Positions 1-10,864 of a DNA stretch of 64,000 bases are shown here, piece by piece. Both the position numbers and the translations under genes were made by a program. Under the pieces are notes generated by a model. The model was given only the letters and a program-made list of their open reading frames with translations, did not search any database and was not told the origin of the DNA. The DNA comes from Candidatus Yonathbacteria bacterium. Its GTDB lineage: Bacteria > Patescibacteriota > Minisyncoccia > Phycocordibacterales > JACNGX01. The stretch is taken from positions 75,769-139,768 of the forward strand of contig JAAXWR010000001.1 in the NCBI GenBank assembly GCA_013334825.1. Direction: 5' to 3'. Numbering within the stretch: the first letter of the stretch is position 1; each line of letters opens with the position of its first letter.

Positions 1-1470
<1,470 letters not shown>

Positions 1471-1614
1471 GACGCCCGTTTCGCGGATAGCGAAACTGAT
1501 GTCGGTCCTATCTTTTTTGATAGAGAAGTGTTTGTCTCGGAGCTTTGAATTGAGACAGCAGTAGCGTGCGCTACAAACAACGAACGAGACAAAAGAAAGA
1601 GCGTTTTCATACGA

Positions 1615-1646
1615 AAAGAAAAACGCCTATTAGGCGTTTTTCTTTT
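1615..1646 (+). terminator. Intrinsic terminator after 16S
   Basis: AAAGAAAAACGCCTA/TAGGCGTTTTTCTTT inverted repeat with U tract. Confidence 0.6.
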
Positions 1647-1833
1647 GCCCAAAAAAGCGCGCCGACACGCTGTCGGCGCGCCAAATTCTAAATTCTAAAT
1701 CCGAAATCCTAAACAAATAAGAAGCGCAAGAGCAAACCGCGTGCTTCGCCGGAGAAGGAAAGCATTGACATATTATATATCTATAGTAGTATTTTTTTAG
1801 ATTGTAAATCAATATAAACTAAAAGTATCAGCA

Positions 1834-2412
1834 ATGAAACAAGAAACCAGGGATTCTTTAAGGGATATCGTAAGGAGATTTGCGGTAAGTGAAATCTTTG
1901 AGAATAAGATATCAATTTCAACGCCAACGATGTTTGTCGTTGATGGCGTATGGGGAAAGTGGGATTCGCAAAAGCTCGTTGCACGCATAAAAGACAGGAT
2001 CACGCATTCCATGGTACAAAAACTTCTTGGAGTGAAAGATTCGGAACTTAATAACGTTGATGGAGAATTGCGCAATCTCCTCAAGGGTCTTATCGAGAGA
2101 AAGATGAAGTACCATATTTTGGTCTACGAGAATCTCACCATCGTCACAGCCTATATGGATTTTCTTGTTGAGATTACAGCCGAGCATGGTGCTGATATGA
2201 AGAAACTGTTAAGTCGCCTGAAGCCCTCTATGGTTGATGACATGGTTACGAAGCTATTATCTGTCGAACCTCTGCCGGCACTTCTCTCGGGGGTTTACGG
2301 ACATGAGATGGATGCTCCGTATGAGTATCCTTCGGTTCTAACAACGCGCAAGCAGATATTGGCAAATGCTATAGAAATGCAAAAAATGCTTGTGACACTT
2401 GAAGCTATTTGA
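1834..2412 (+). CDS. Hypothetical protein (192 aa)
   Basis: Long ORF followed by hairpin ACGCTCCTC-TTC-GAGGAGCGT. Confidence 0.7.
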   Translation: MKQETRDSLRDIVRRFAVSEIFENKISISTPTMFVVDGVWGKWDSQKLVARIKDRITHSMVQKLLGVKDSELNNVDGELRNLLKGLIERKMKYHILVYENLTIVTAYMDFLVEITAEHGADMKKLLSRLKPSMVDDMVTKLLSVEPLPALLSGVYGHEMDAPYEYPSVLTTRKQILANAIEMQKMLVTLEAI

Positions 2413-2475
2413 TGAATACACGCTCCTCTTCGAGGAGCGTTTTATATATCTAATGTCTCGTGATACAATGTCTCC

Positions 2476-3069
2476 ATGACAAAAGCTATATTGTTTGACC
2501 TGGATGGTCTTGTGATTATCGGACAGGGAAAATTGTTCAGCGATCGCGTTTCGGAAGAAATGCATATTCCGTCGGAGTCGATATCCGAATTCTTTACCAA
2601 AGATTTCCGAGAGTGTTCTTTCGGGAGGTCTGATTTGAAAGAGAATATTGCACCCTATCTTGTCGCTTGGGGATATAAAGGAACGGTTGATGATTTTTTA
2701 AGATACTGGTTTGAAGGGGAGAGTCATACAGATGAAGAGGTTTTATCATTGGTAAATACGCTACGTTCTCGCGGAATTGAATGCTATATCGCGACACGTC
2801 AAGAAAAGTACAGAAAAGAATATTTGATGAATGTTGTGGGGTTGAAAGACAAGTTTGATGGTATATTCGCAACATGTGATATCGGATACGATAAATGGGA
2901 GGAAGGATATTGGAAATATGTTTTTGATAAGTTGAATATGATCCCGGAGGAAATTATGTTCTTTTGTGATAGTGAGAAGAATGTTGAGAACGCAAAGACA
3001 TTTGGTGTCGAAGCATACTTCTACACAGATATAAATCTTTTAAAAGAAAAGATTGCACATCTTTTGTAA
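2476..3069 (+). CDS. HAD-superfamily hydrolase/phosphatase
   Basis: Motif I FDLDG, motif III K, motif IV FCDSEKNV. Confidence 0.88.
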   Translation: MTKAILFDLDGLVIIGQGKLFSDRVSEEMHIPSESISEFFTKDFRECSFGRSDLKENIAPYLVAWGYKGTVDDFLRYWFEGESHTDEEVLSLVNTLRSRGIECYIATRQEKYRKEYLMNVVGLKDKFDGIFATCDIGYDKWEEGYWKYVFDKLNMIPEEIMFFCDSEKNVENAKTFGVEAYFYTDINLLKEKIAHLL

Positions 3070-3289
3070 TAGTGCACACGTCCAGTCGTCTGTTTTTGGT
3101 CTACACTGTGGGATGTTTTTGTTTTGAATGTGTGTCACTTGAACATTTGAATTTGTTTAGGATTTAGAGCTTCATGCTTCGGATTTCGCCCGTTTGGGTT
3201 TTGTTGCCTATTGGGGTTATTTTTGCTATAGTTTTCTTCGGTTCGCCGAAGCGAATGAGATTCGCGAAGGCGACCCTTGATGCGCTTTC

Positions 3290-3386
3290 AGTACGCCGAA
3301 GCCTTGGCGGAGGCGACCTGCCTTCGCTAAAGCTTCGGCGAGGTGAAGCCCGCCTTCGTCCGCAAGCGGACTTCGGCGAGGTGAAA
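3290..3386. repeat. Cluster of short palindromic REP-like repeats (CGAAGCCTTGGCG / CTTCGCTAAAGCTTCGGCGAGG)
   Basis: Imperfect palindromes; the same type recurs at 22270-22340. Confidence 0.6.
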
Positions 3387-3967
3387 CAGTCCTGATATGT
3401 TCCATATAAATACGTCACTCGGACGTTATAAGAATGAATACGACCAATAGTGCGCTTCGTGCGCGTTTATCAGGCAGGTTAGAGCGCAGTCCTGATATGT
3501 TCCATATATGCACTGCACTCGGATGATATACAAATGAGTACAATCAAATAGTGTCCCGTGTGCGCGTTTAGCTCAGGTGGTTAGAGCGCAGTCCTGATAA
3601 GACTGAGGTCCCAGGTTCGAGTCCTGGAACGCGCACACGGAACAGTATTGTACTCATTTGTATGACATCCTCGTTTGTGCATATAAGACAGAGGTCCCAT
3701 GTTCCTGCCATGAACCCTACGTGGTTCATGGCGAGTCCTGGAACGCGCACGAAGCGCAGTACGTATTCATTCTTATGCCGTCCTCGCTAGTATTTATAAG
3801 ACTGAGGTCCCAGGTTTTTACCATGAACCCTACGTGGTTCATGGCGAGTTCTGGAACGCGCACGAAGCGCAGTACGTATTCATTCTTATGCCGTCCTCGC
3901 TAGTATTTATAAGACTGAGGTCCCAGGTTCCTGCCGTGAACCACGTAGGGTTCATCGCGAGCCCCGG
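3387..3967 (+). mobile_element. Nested tRNA-Ile(GAT)-carrying hairpin cassettes: two left arms with 5' tRNA-half remnants, the intact tRNA, three right arms with 3' tRNA halves
   Basis: 5' halves at 3387-3397 and 3461-3497, each followed by TGTTCCATATA. 3' halves at 3686-3749, 3799-3862 and 3912-3967, each preceded by TATA. Arms 3521-3561/3635-3670 and 3421-3460/3749-3783 are reverse complements with bulges. Confidence 0.8.
3562..3635 (+). tRNA. tRNA-Ile(GAT), CCA not encoded
   Basis: Cloverleaf: acceptor GCGCGTT/AACGCGC, anticodon arm CAGTC-CTGATAA-GACTG, T-loop GGTTCGAGTCC. Confidence 0.95.
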
Positions 3968-4046
3968 AGTTTGTGTGTGTGAAAAAAGATATGTTTCTGC
4001 AATATTGAGCCTGAGGATATTTGATTATAAATGAGCCCCACTAATT

Positions 4047-6875
4047 ATGGAATTACTGTCCTTGGTAAAAATAGGAATTCATAAATTGCCGATAAATATA
4101 TCCGGGTGGTTTAAACGTGAAAATTCTCCTGTAGATAAAAGACACATTGAGACAACTGTAAATGTTGGGAGTGTTACCCAACACATACAACAAAATATAC
4201 TAATTGCTTCCAACAATACACTCCCAGACCTTTTACAAAAAGGTACTGATTCTTTGGCTCAACTTCGTCAACCCTCAGCCGTGTTACCTAATAGTTTAAG
4301 TGAGACTATTGTAATCGAAACAACAAAAGAAGATAAAACAGTAATTAATAAAAGACTTGATGAAGTTGTGGCGCTTATGAATCTCAACAGAATTGATGAA
4401 GCTCTTCCATTACTTTTAACAATTCTGGCGGAAATAAAAAATAAATCAACATACATCAAAGAACAAACAAGAACATACAATAATCTTGGAGTAATTTATA
4501 ATCAACCAAAACCATCAAGTGATTACGACAAAGCAATTGAGTATTTCAATTTAGCTTTAGAAAAAGACCCGTCATTCACAAAATCCAAAGTAAATCTTAT
4601 ATCAGCTTATCTTAATAAGGATACAACAGAATCAATTGAAAGGGCCCATGATATGGCTAGGGCTTTGTGGTCTGTAGAAAAAACAGGAGATGTTTTGCAA
4701 GTTTTGCTTTGGGGTATTTATAAAAAATCTAACACAGAAGAAGTTTTTAAGTTTCTTCATGAAGAAAAATCTACCACAAGTGATTTAATAGAAAATAAAA
4801 GTGGTTTACTTAATATGGTGTCCGCTTTCTATCTTGAAGCTGGAAAATTTGAAGAAGGTTTTGTTTGTGCAGATAAAGCTGTTACTTTGTCTCCAGATGA
4901 ACCAGAATTTTTAACCATGAAAGCTAAAGCATCAATGGTAAAAGTTCAACAAAATGAAATCCCTTCAGAATTTGATGTCGTGCCACGTTTGAGTGACTAT
5001 AAAGGAATAAGTACGGCCTTGGATTTATTTTATCAGGCAGAAAAAATGGCCGAGATGCAACAAAAAACATATCTTCTACCTGAAATACGATATGGAATAA
5101 GTATGGGATTGATATGGCTTGGCAAATATGATGAATCAAAGTATAAATTAAAACAATTAAGAGCAGTACCTGATTTATCTGAACCTTTAGAGCATCAAAT
5201 CAATGTCTTAGATTTCGCAACACATTTGCATAATCGTGATTTTGAAACTGCTTATAATACACTCATTACAAGCTCCACCTATTCAAAAATAAGCTACCAA
5301 GAGAAACGCAGGATCTCAAGAGTATTTCTGCTTAACGGCGCACCCGAACAAGCAAAAAACTTATTAGATGAATTAGCAGTAGAAGCAGAGCAGAAAAAAG
5401 ATGTTTACTATTGGTTTGATTTAAGCACAGCATCAGTCCTTCTTGGAAATCACCAAGAGGCTATTAGTTCTGCGAGTAAGGTAAAAGAACTTACAAAGGG
5501 GGCTGAAGAAGAGTTACGAAAAACAGCACTCTCTCATTTTAATGCAGTTAACTATCATTACAGCAAGCCAGATAATGGAGAAAATAGTGAGACAGACAGA
5601 ATGGTTCAAGGAATGATGGATTTTCAAAATGAATTTCCAGCTGAAAAAATAATGACGCCCATTCAAGCAATAGATGAAAGTGGACAGTTAACAAATGAAA
5701 TAAAAGATATGTTGACCTCATTTAAAGATCGCTATGAAAACATTAGAGAAGTATTTAAGACCACTCCAACCCCAGTATATTTTCTTGAAAAAACATTTCA
5801 TAGGTCTTTTGCGCATGAAATAACTTTTAGAAATGATCCAGAATTTACTATTGAATTTAATGCTGTTGACCCAGCCACTTTTGATGAATTAAAAAATAAC
5901 TTTGGGCAAGCTGAGTCTTTTGTTTTTGATTATCTCTCATTGCTTGATTTAGCAAAAATGGACTTCTTGGGTTTTTTGGATAAATTGAATAAACCTATTT
6001 TTATACACGAAGAACTTTTTCAAAAAATTCAATTGGAATTACTTCAAAATGAAATTGATGAATTGCGCACCCTGTGGAATTTCCTAAGAAAAAGTAAAAC
6101 TGTACATTTCATTCATGGAGACACAGAAGCGGATATTAAATTAGAGAGAATTGATGACGTGTTTGATAAATGGTTGGTTCAAAGTATTAAGTATGCTAAA
6201 TCTAAAAAAGCTACATTTGTAACTAATGATTTTAGAATGTATATTTCCTTGAAATTTGAAGAAATAACCCCTTTGAATATAATGCCGATTCTTAATTTTT
6301 GGCTTGAAGGAAAATTCATTGATGAAAAGATGTATTCTAGGGCAATTGGTGACCTGGCTGAAAGATTTTATATTTTTATTCCGTACAGCAGTGACCAGCT
6401 TTTCGAAATCGTTTTAGAAGATAAGGGGAAAATAACGTTGAGAAGTTATCATTTAGTGCAAGAAATCTTCCTACCCGGATCAAATGTTCAGAGTTTCGCA
6501 AGAGTTTTTGCCGGTTTTATCAATTTATTTTGGAAAACAGGTTCATTATCTGAAGACAAAATAAACTGGGTCAAGTTTCTTACAAACGTAATTGTCGAAA
6601 CTATTGACAACCGTTTCTCAATAGTAAAAGGCAGTATCAACAAAGTCGATTATGATATTTTATGTAAAGATTTAGAGCCCATTGTCATAAATCTCGGTGT
6701 TATTTGGAATATGGCAATTCAGAATGGAACGAGAGATGATCTAATTGCATTAAGGGGTATAGTTGATGAGGCCTTGAATAAAGAATATCTTGTTAGATCA
6801 AAAGATATTTTTCATGAAAAAATCAAAAAATCCATAGAGGGCCTTACTTTAAAGAAGGAATTAGTAGAGAATTAG
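4047..6875 (+). CDS. TPR-repeat protein with C-terminal PIN-like domain (putative defence/toxin), AT-rich
   Basis: TPR motifs (YNNLGVIY..YDKAIEYFNLALEKDP); PIN-like FVFDYLSLLDL...FVTND; visibly AT-rich relative to housekeeping genes. Confidence 0.7.
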   Translation: MELLSLVKIGIHKLPINISGWFKRENSPVDKRHIETTVNVGSVTQHIQQNILIASNNTLPDLLQKGTDSLAQLRQPSAVLPNSLSETIVIETTKEDKTVINKRLDEVVALMNLNRIDEALPLLLTILAEIKNKSTYIKEQTRTYNNLGVIYNQPKPSSDYDKAIEYFNLALEKDPSFTKSKVNLISAYLNKDTTESIERAHDMARALWSVEKTGDVLQVLLWGIYKKSNTEEVFKFLHEEKSTTSDLIENKSGLLNMVSAFYLEAGKFEEGFVCADKAVTLSPDEPEFLTMKAKASMVKVQQNEIPSEFDVVPRLSDYKGISTALDLFYQAEKMAEMQQKTYLLPEIRYGISMGLIWLGKYDESKYKLKQLRAVPDLSEPLEHQINVLDFATHLHNRDFETAYNTLITSSTYSKISYQEKRRISRVFLLNGAPEQAKNLLDELAVEAEQKKDVYYWFDLSTASVLLGNHQEAISSASKVKELTKGAEEELRKTALSHFNAVNYHYSKPDNGENSETDRMVQGMMDFQNEFPAEKIMTPIQAIDESGQLTNEIKDMLTSFKDRYENIREVFKTTPTPVYFLEKTFHRSFAHEITFRNDPEFTIEFNAVDPATFDELKNNFGQAESFVFDYLSLLDLAKMDFLGFLDKLNKPIFIHEELFQKIQLELLQNEIDELRTLWNFLRKSKTVHFIHGDTEADIKLERIDDVFDKWLVQSIKYAKSKKATFVTNDFRMYISLKFEEITPLNIMPILNFWLEGKFIDEKMYSRAIGDLAERFYIFIPYSSDQLFEIVLEDKGKITLRSYHLVQEIFLPGSNVQSFARVFAGFINLFWKTGSLSEDKINWVKFLTNVIVETIDNRFSIVKGSINKVDYDILCKDLEPIVINLGVIWNMAIQNGTRDDLIALRGIVDEALNKEYLVRSKDIFHEKIKKSIEGLTLKKELVEN

Positions 6876-6986
6876 CAAAAAAGATACAAAATATAAAATC
6901 TACAAGAAAAGTATAGGAGTCGTATGTAATTAATCATTGAAATCAACCAGCTTTCTTCGTGTAGAAAAATGTTATACTACCCTCAT

Positions 6987-7379
6987 ATGAACAAAGTCAC
7001 ACATTTTGAATTTCCTTGGGATGACAAGGAACGGGCTCGCGCCTTTTATCAGAACGTTTTTGACTGGAAGCCGTTTGACTGGGAACAGTTCGGCTACACC
7101 AGTTGGCAGACCGGACCGATTGACGAAAAGATGCAACCGACGGAGCCGGGCTTTATCAATGGAGGATCAAGCAAACGTGATCCGGAGATGCCGCACCCGA
7201 TGTTCTACGTTGATGTGGACGACATCGACGCGGCACTCGCCAAAATCACCGTAAACGGTGGCGCAGTCGTGCGTCCCAAAACCCCGCTCGGCGAGAACGG
7301 CGCGATGGGCTTCCTCGCGTGGTTCAAAGATTCCGAAGGCAACATCCTCGGACTCTCCCAGTACAAGAAGGGGGAGTAG
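6987..7379 (+). CDS. VOC/glyoxalase family protein
   Basis: HFE...ERARAFY..VFDW, YVDVDDID, FKDSEGN motifs. Confidence 0.9.
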   Translation: MNKVTHFEFPWDDKERARAFYQNVFDWKPFDWEQFGYTSWQTGPIDEKMQPTEPGFINGGSSKRDPEMPHPMFYVDVDDIDAALAKITVNGGAVVRPKTPLGENGAMGFLAWFKDSEGNILGLSQYKKGE

Positions 7380-7554
7380 AACTATACTCTCAGACGTATT
7401 CTTTCAGAATACAATACAAACACCTTGCGTTAACTCGTGGGGTATTTGTGGAGATAAGACAACTATTTTCTAACCGTTGACACACTACAAGACGAGTGAT
7501 ATTCTCCAATTCGGAAGTACGAACAAACAATATCAATGAATAAATCAGATAATC

Positions 7555-7911
7555 ATGTTACAGCAATCCGATGTACGGGAAGTCTCTCAGGAGATTATCG
7601 AACGTCTCCGTGAAGCCAGCGGTTTTGACGCAGATCATCCTGAAAAAAAAGAAGGGGAAGTGTTTTTGATGAATTCCCCTGACAAGGTCAATCCTGAAAC
7701 GGGACGTACGTTTTTTGAAGACATCCCCTATACGACAAAACGCAAGGGCATATGCGCATACGACAGGGACGGCATCCCGTACGGTTCCTTATTGTTCTAT
7801 GAAAAATATAACAAATTCTCCGGAGTAGGACATTTCCCTGTCTTTGTCGAGGAGTGGGAAATCGGGGATAAATTGTTTGCCGCCATGAAAGCGTTGGGTA
7901 TCGCTTTTTGA
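7555..7911 (+). CDS. Hypothetical protein
   Basis: ORF between terminator-like hairpins. Confidence 0.6.
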   Translation: MLQQSDVREVSQEIIERLREASGFDADHPEKKEGEVFLMNSPDKVNPETGRTFFEDIPYTTKRKGICAYDRDGIPYGSLLFYEKYNKFSGVGHFPVFVEEWEIGDKLFAAMKALGIAF

Positions 7912-8074
7912 TGCGTACCAGTATTGTCATTGTTTTTAAGCGCACGCTTCCCAGTCGTGCGCTTTTTATTGTGAAAATGAAATGCTCTGGCGCGCAAAGC
8001 CCATCCGATGTACCATATACGTATGGATTGCCGTGTATACGGTACCATTACCATTCATCTCTAAGACATATACT

Positions 8075-8521
8075 ATGAGTGAAGTTGAAATGAAAAATGA
8101 AGAAACTTCGTCCGCTCCCACGCCTGCGGTGGCGGAAAAGCCGAAGGCGGTCGTCTCTATGCCAACCGATTGGTCGTGGGGAGGGTTTATGTTTGGACCT
8201 GCATACCTCATTGCAGTGAAGAAGTATCAATATCTTTTGGGATACCTGCTTATGCTCATTCCCATTATTAACTTTGTTGCAATGATTGGTATTGCGATTT
8301 ATCTGGGAATCAAAGGACACACACTTGTTGTCGAGAGCCCGATGTTTGCAAACAATGACGAACGTGCGGGATTTAATCGTGCGATTGATCACGCGGGACG
8401 AATCATGTTCTTTGTTTCGCTCGCATGTGCAGTGATTGCGCTTATTTTCGCAAGTCTTTTTGTGGGGCTTATGGTTTCTCTGTTTGGTGGTCCACAGTTT
8501 GGTGGAATGCCCATGCGTTAA
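8075..8521 (+). CDS. Small membrane protein (WSWGGF motif, DUF2628-like)
   Basis: WSWGGFMFGPAY followed by TM helices. Confidence 0.65.
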   Translation: MSEVEMKNEETSSAPTPAVAEKPKAVVSMPTDWSWGGFMFGPAYLIAVKKYQYLLGYLLMLIPIINFVAMIGIAIYLGIKGHTLVVESPMFANNDERAGFNRAIDHAGRIMFFVSLACAVIALIFASLFVGLMVSLFGGPQFGGMPMR

Positions 8522-8623
8522 TCCTTTGGATAGTATTTGCAAAACATCCCCTCGACAGGGGATGTTTTGTAACATAATGGGCGCTTTCTTTTTTGGGGGA
8601 TGTAGTGATATACTAGATATATT

Positions 8624-8767
8624 ATGAATTCTTTCGCATCCGTCATTTCTTTTCTCGTTATGGTTGGTTTTTTGCTTGCCATTCTTACTGGTCATGTACC
8701 GGGGTTTTTTGAAAAAAAGCCTAAGACGCGGAAGTCCACGTCCGGCCAAGAGAAAAACGAAAAATAA
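8624..8767 (+). CDS. Small single-TM protein, 47 aa (not in ORF track)
   Basis: MNSFASVISFLVMVGFLLAILTGHVPGFFEKKPKTRK...; TG-A-TATACT 9 nt upstream of ATG. Confidence 0.5.
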   Translation: MNSFASVISFLVMVGFLLAILTGHVPGFFEKKPKTRKSTSGQEKNEK

Positions 8768-8850
8768 AAATGACGGACGAGGAGATTAGGAGATTAAGCA
8801 TGAGGAGATTAATGAGTAAAAACAAAATCGGCCTCTTGCGAGGCCGAGTG

Positions 8851-9429
8851 TTATTCGTATAGCGGGTGGGTGTTTATCCCGCCTACAACAAGTATGTTAC
8901 TTGTTGGGAGACTAGTATTAATGGGGACAAGTTTGAGTCCGACACCTCCGAGTGGAAGCGCCGGAACAACAAATATTGTTGACCCAAGATCGGATGGAGG
9001 AAGAGGAAGAGGTTTTGTTTTAAAAACAATGTATTTTTTTCTCTCCGTATATGTCTTAACTCTGGAAATCTCATTGGCGTACCGGAGAATAAACTCCATG
9101 GGCAAATAACTGCCGAATTTTGAAACGCGTAACACATCTCCTAGCTCGATTTTTGGCGCATATATTCCTTCTGTTGCATCAAGCACACGTAACGTTGTGC
9201 TGATGGACGATAGGAGTGGTTGGAAGCACATCCCGTTTAATACGGAAAAAAAATTGTCCAAAAGATACCCTCGATCATAGCAACGTACCGCTTCTTTGAG
9301 AAGCGTGTCCATTGAATAATACGGGTGCACCACGAGAGGGGCGCTCCCTGAAAGAATATCGGATGTTTTTGTTTTTGGCATTGTTCGTGTTTTTGTTGTG
9401 TATAGAAACTGCAAAGAAACTGCCACCAC
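8851..9429 (-). CDS. Hypothetical protein (start possibly MPKTK ~9381)
   Basis: 192-codon ORF ending at hairpin 8827-8848. Confidence 0.5.
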   Translation of the reverse strand: MVAVSLQFLYTTKTRTMPKTKTSDILSGSAPLVVHPYYSMDTLLKEAVRCYDRGYLLDNFFSVLNGMCFQPLLSSISTTLRVLDATEGIYAPKIELGDVLRVSKFGSYLPMEFILRYANEISRVKTYTERKKYIVFKTKPLPLPPSDLGSTIFVVPALPLGGVGLKLVPINTSLPTSNILVVGGINTHPLYE

Positions 9430-9499
9430 ATTACCACATATTCATAAGAATGCAAGGGGTGGGGGAGGGGCATGCTTTTGTGGTATACTTTTCTTCATT

Positions 9500-10861
9500 A
9501 TGACGTCAAAAGAATTGCATACATTCTTTTCAGGAAAGAAGATTACCGTTCTTGGTCTGGGTGTTCTTGGTCGAGGGAGCGCGGTAACAAGTTTTCTCGC
9601 GCGACATGGCGCAATCCTTACGGTCACTGATCTCAAAACGAAAGAAGAATTGAAAGCATCGTTGTCCATACTCGCCAAATATCCGAAAATTCGTTATGTG
9701 CTCGGTGAACATCGTATGGAGGATATGACGAGCGCTGACATGGTGATGCGGAGTCCTGATGTGCGATACGATTCGCCGTATGTACTCGCGGCAAAAGATG
9801 CTGATGTTCCCGTGGAGATGGATGCGTCGCTTTTTATGAAACTGATGCCCGAGGGTGTTCGTGTGGTTGGGGTGACAGGTACGCGCGGTAAGTCAACGGT
9901 AACGTATGCGATTGCACATATTTTGGAGCAAGCAAAGAGTTTCAAGGGCGCTGTGTATTTGGGTGGTAATGTGCGTCATGGCGCGACACTCCCACTTCTT
10001 GCCAAGGTAAAAGCAGGAGATGTGGTGGTACTCGAACTCGATTCATGGCAACTCCAAGGATTTGGTGAAGTAAAACGCTCCCCACATATTGCTGTGTTTA
10101 CCAATCTCATGCGCGACCATATGAATTATTATCGGGGGGATATGAAACGATACGCTATCGACAAGTCGCATATCTATCGATGGCAAAAAAAAGATGACAC
10201 GCTTATTATGAGTCCGCAAGCAAAGGAAGCAGTGAAGACGTATCGATTACCCAAGCCGAAAGGCGATGTTCGCACAGGGAGGGCGCTTTTTCTCTCGATG
10301 TCCACGCGTCTTCCAGGGGCGCACAATCGCCTGAACATGGGTATGGCTGCGGAAGCGTGTCGTGCGCTCGGTGTTCTAGAAAAAGATATTGTGCGTGGTG
10401 TTGCGTCATTCCCCGGTATTGAGGGACGTCTCCAATTTCTCCGCTCGATTCGTGGTGTGTCGTGGTATAACGACAACAATGCGACATGTCCAGACGCCAC
10501 TCTTGTCGCGCTTGATGTCTTTAAAAAAGAAAAGAAGCCAGTGGTCTTGATTGCCGGTGGTGCGGATAAGGATATGGATTTTTCTGGGTTTATCAAAACA
10601 GTGCCAATGTCCGTGAAAGCGCTTATTCTTTTTCCGGGGAGCGCTACGGATGTGATTCTCGCAGGACTTCGCCATACAAAACATGTGCCACCCGTTGCTT
10701 TGGCAGAAAACATGAAAGAAGCAGTGCGTCTTGCACGAGACATTGCGGTGCGTGGTGATGTGGTACTTTTATCTCCCGGGGCAGCGAGTTTTGGTGTGTT
10801 TAAAAATGCATACGAACGCAATGACATGTTTGTTGCCTCGGTAAAACGTTTACGAGCATAG
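9500..10861 (+). CDS. murD: UDP-N-acetylmuramoyl-L-alanine--D-glutamate ligase
   Basis: GLGVLG, VTGTRGKST, LELDSWQL, IAGGADK, LLSPGAASF. Confidence 0.95.
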   Translation: MTSKELHTFFSGKKITVLGLGVLGRGSAVTSFLARHGAILTVTDLKTKEELKASLSILAKYPKIRYVLGEHRMEDMTSADMVMRSPDVRYDSPYVLAAKDADVPVEMDASLFMKLMPEGVRVVGVTGTRGKSTVTYAIAHILEQAKSFKGAVYLGGNVRHGATLPLLAKVKAGDVVVLELDSWQLQGFGEVKRSPHIAVFTNLMRDHMNYYRGDMKRYAIDKSHIYRWQKKDDTLIMSPQAKEAVKTYRLPKPKGDVRTGRALFLSMSTRLPGAHNRLNMGMAAEACRALGVLEKDIVRGVASFPGIEGRLQFLRSIRGVSWYNDNNATCPDATLVALDVFKKEKKPVVLIAGGADKDMDFSGFIKTVPMSVKALILFPGSATDVILAGLRHTKHVPPVALAENMKEAVRLARDIAVRGDVVLLSPGAASFGVFKNAYERNDMFVASVKRLRA

Positions 10862-10864
10862 TGT

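Noticed and set aside
3498-3685. Archaeal-type or group I tRNA intron at 37/38
   Set aside because: The outer halves are degenerate (D-arm changes, T-loop inserts), no group I core is evident, and the same element is antisense to the tRNA at 21980.
3387-3967. CRISPR-like repeat/spacer periodicity (100 and 113 bp)
   Set aside because: The repeats are tRNA halves, the 'spacers' are homologous and mutually complementary, and there are no cas genes in the window.
3164-4034. Short ORFs across the tRNA-Ile array (also 21829-22164, 32085-32712, 43426-43969, 49268-49901)
   Set aside because: They overlap tRNAs and palindromic repeats and have no protein-like features.
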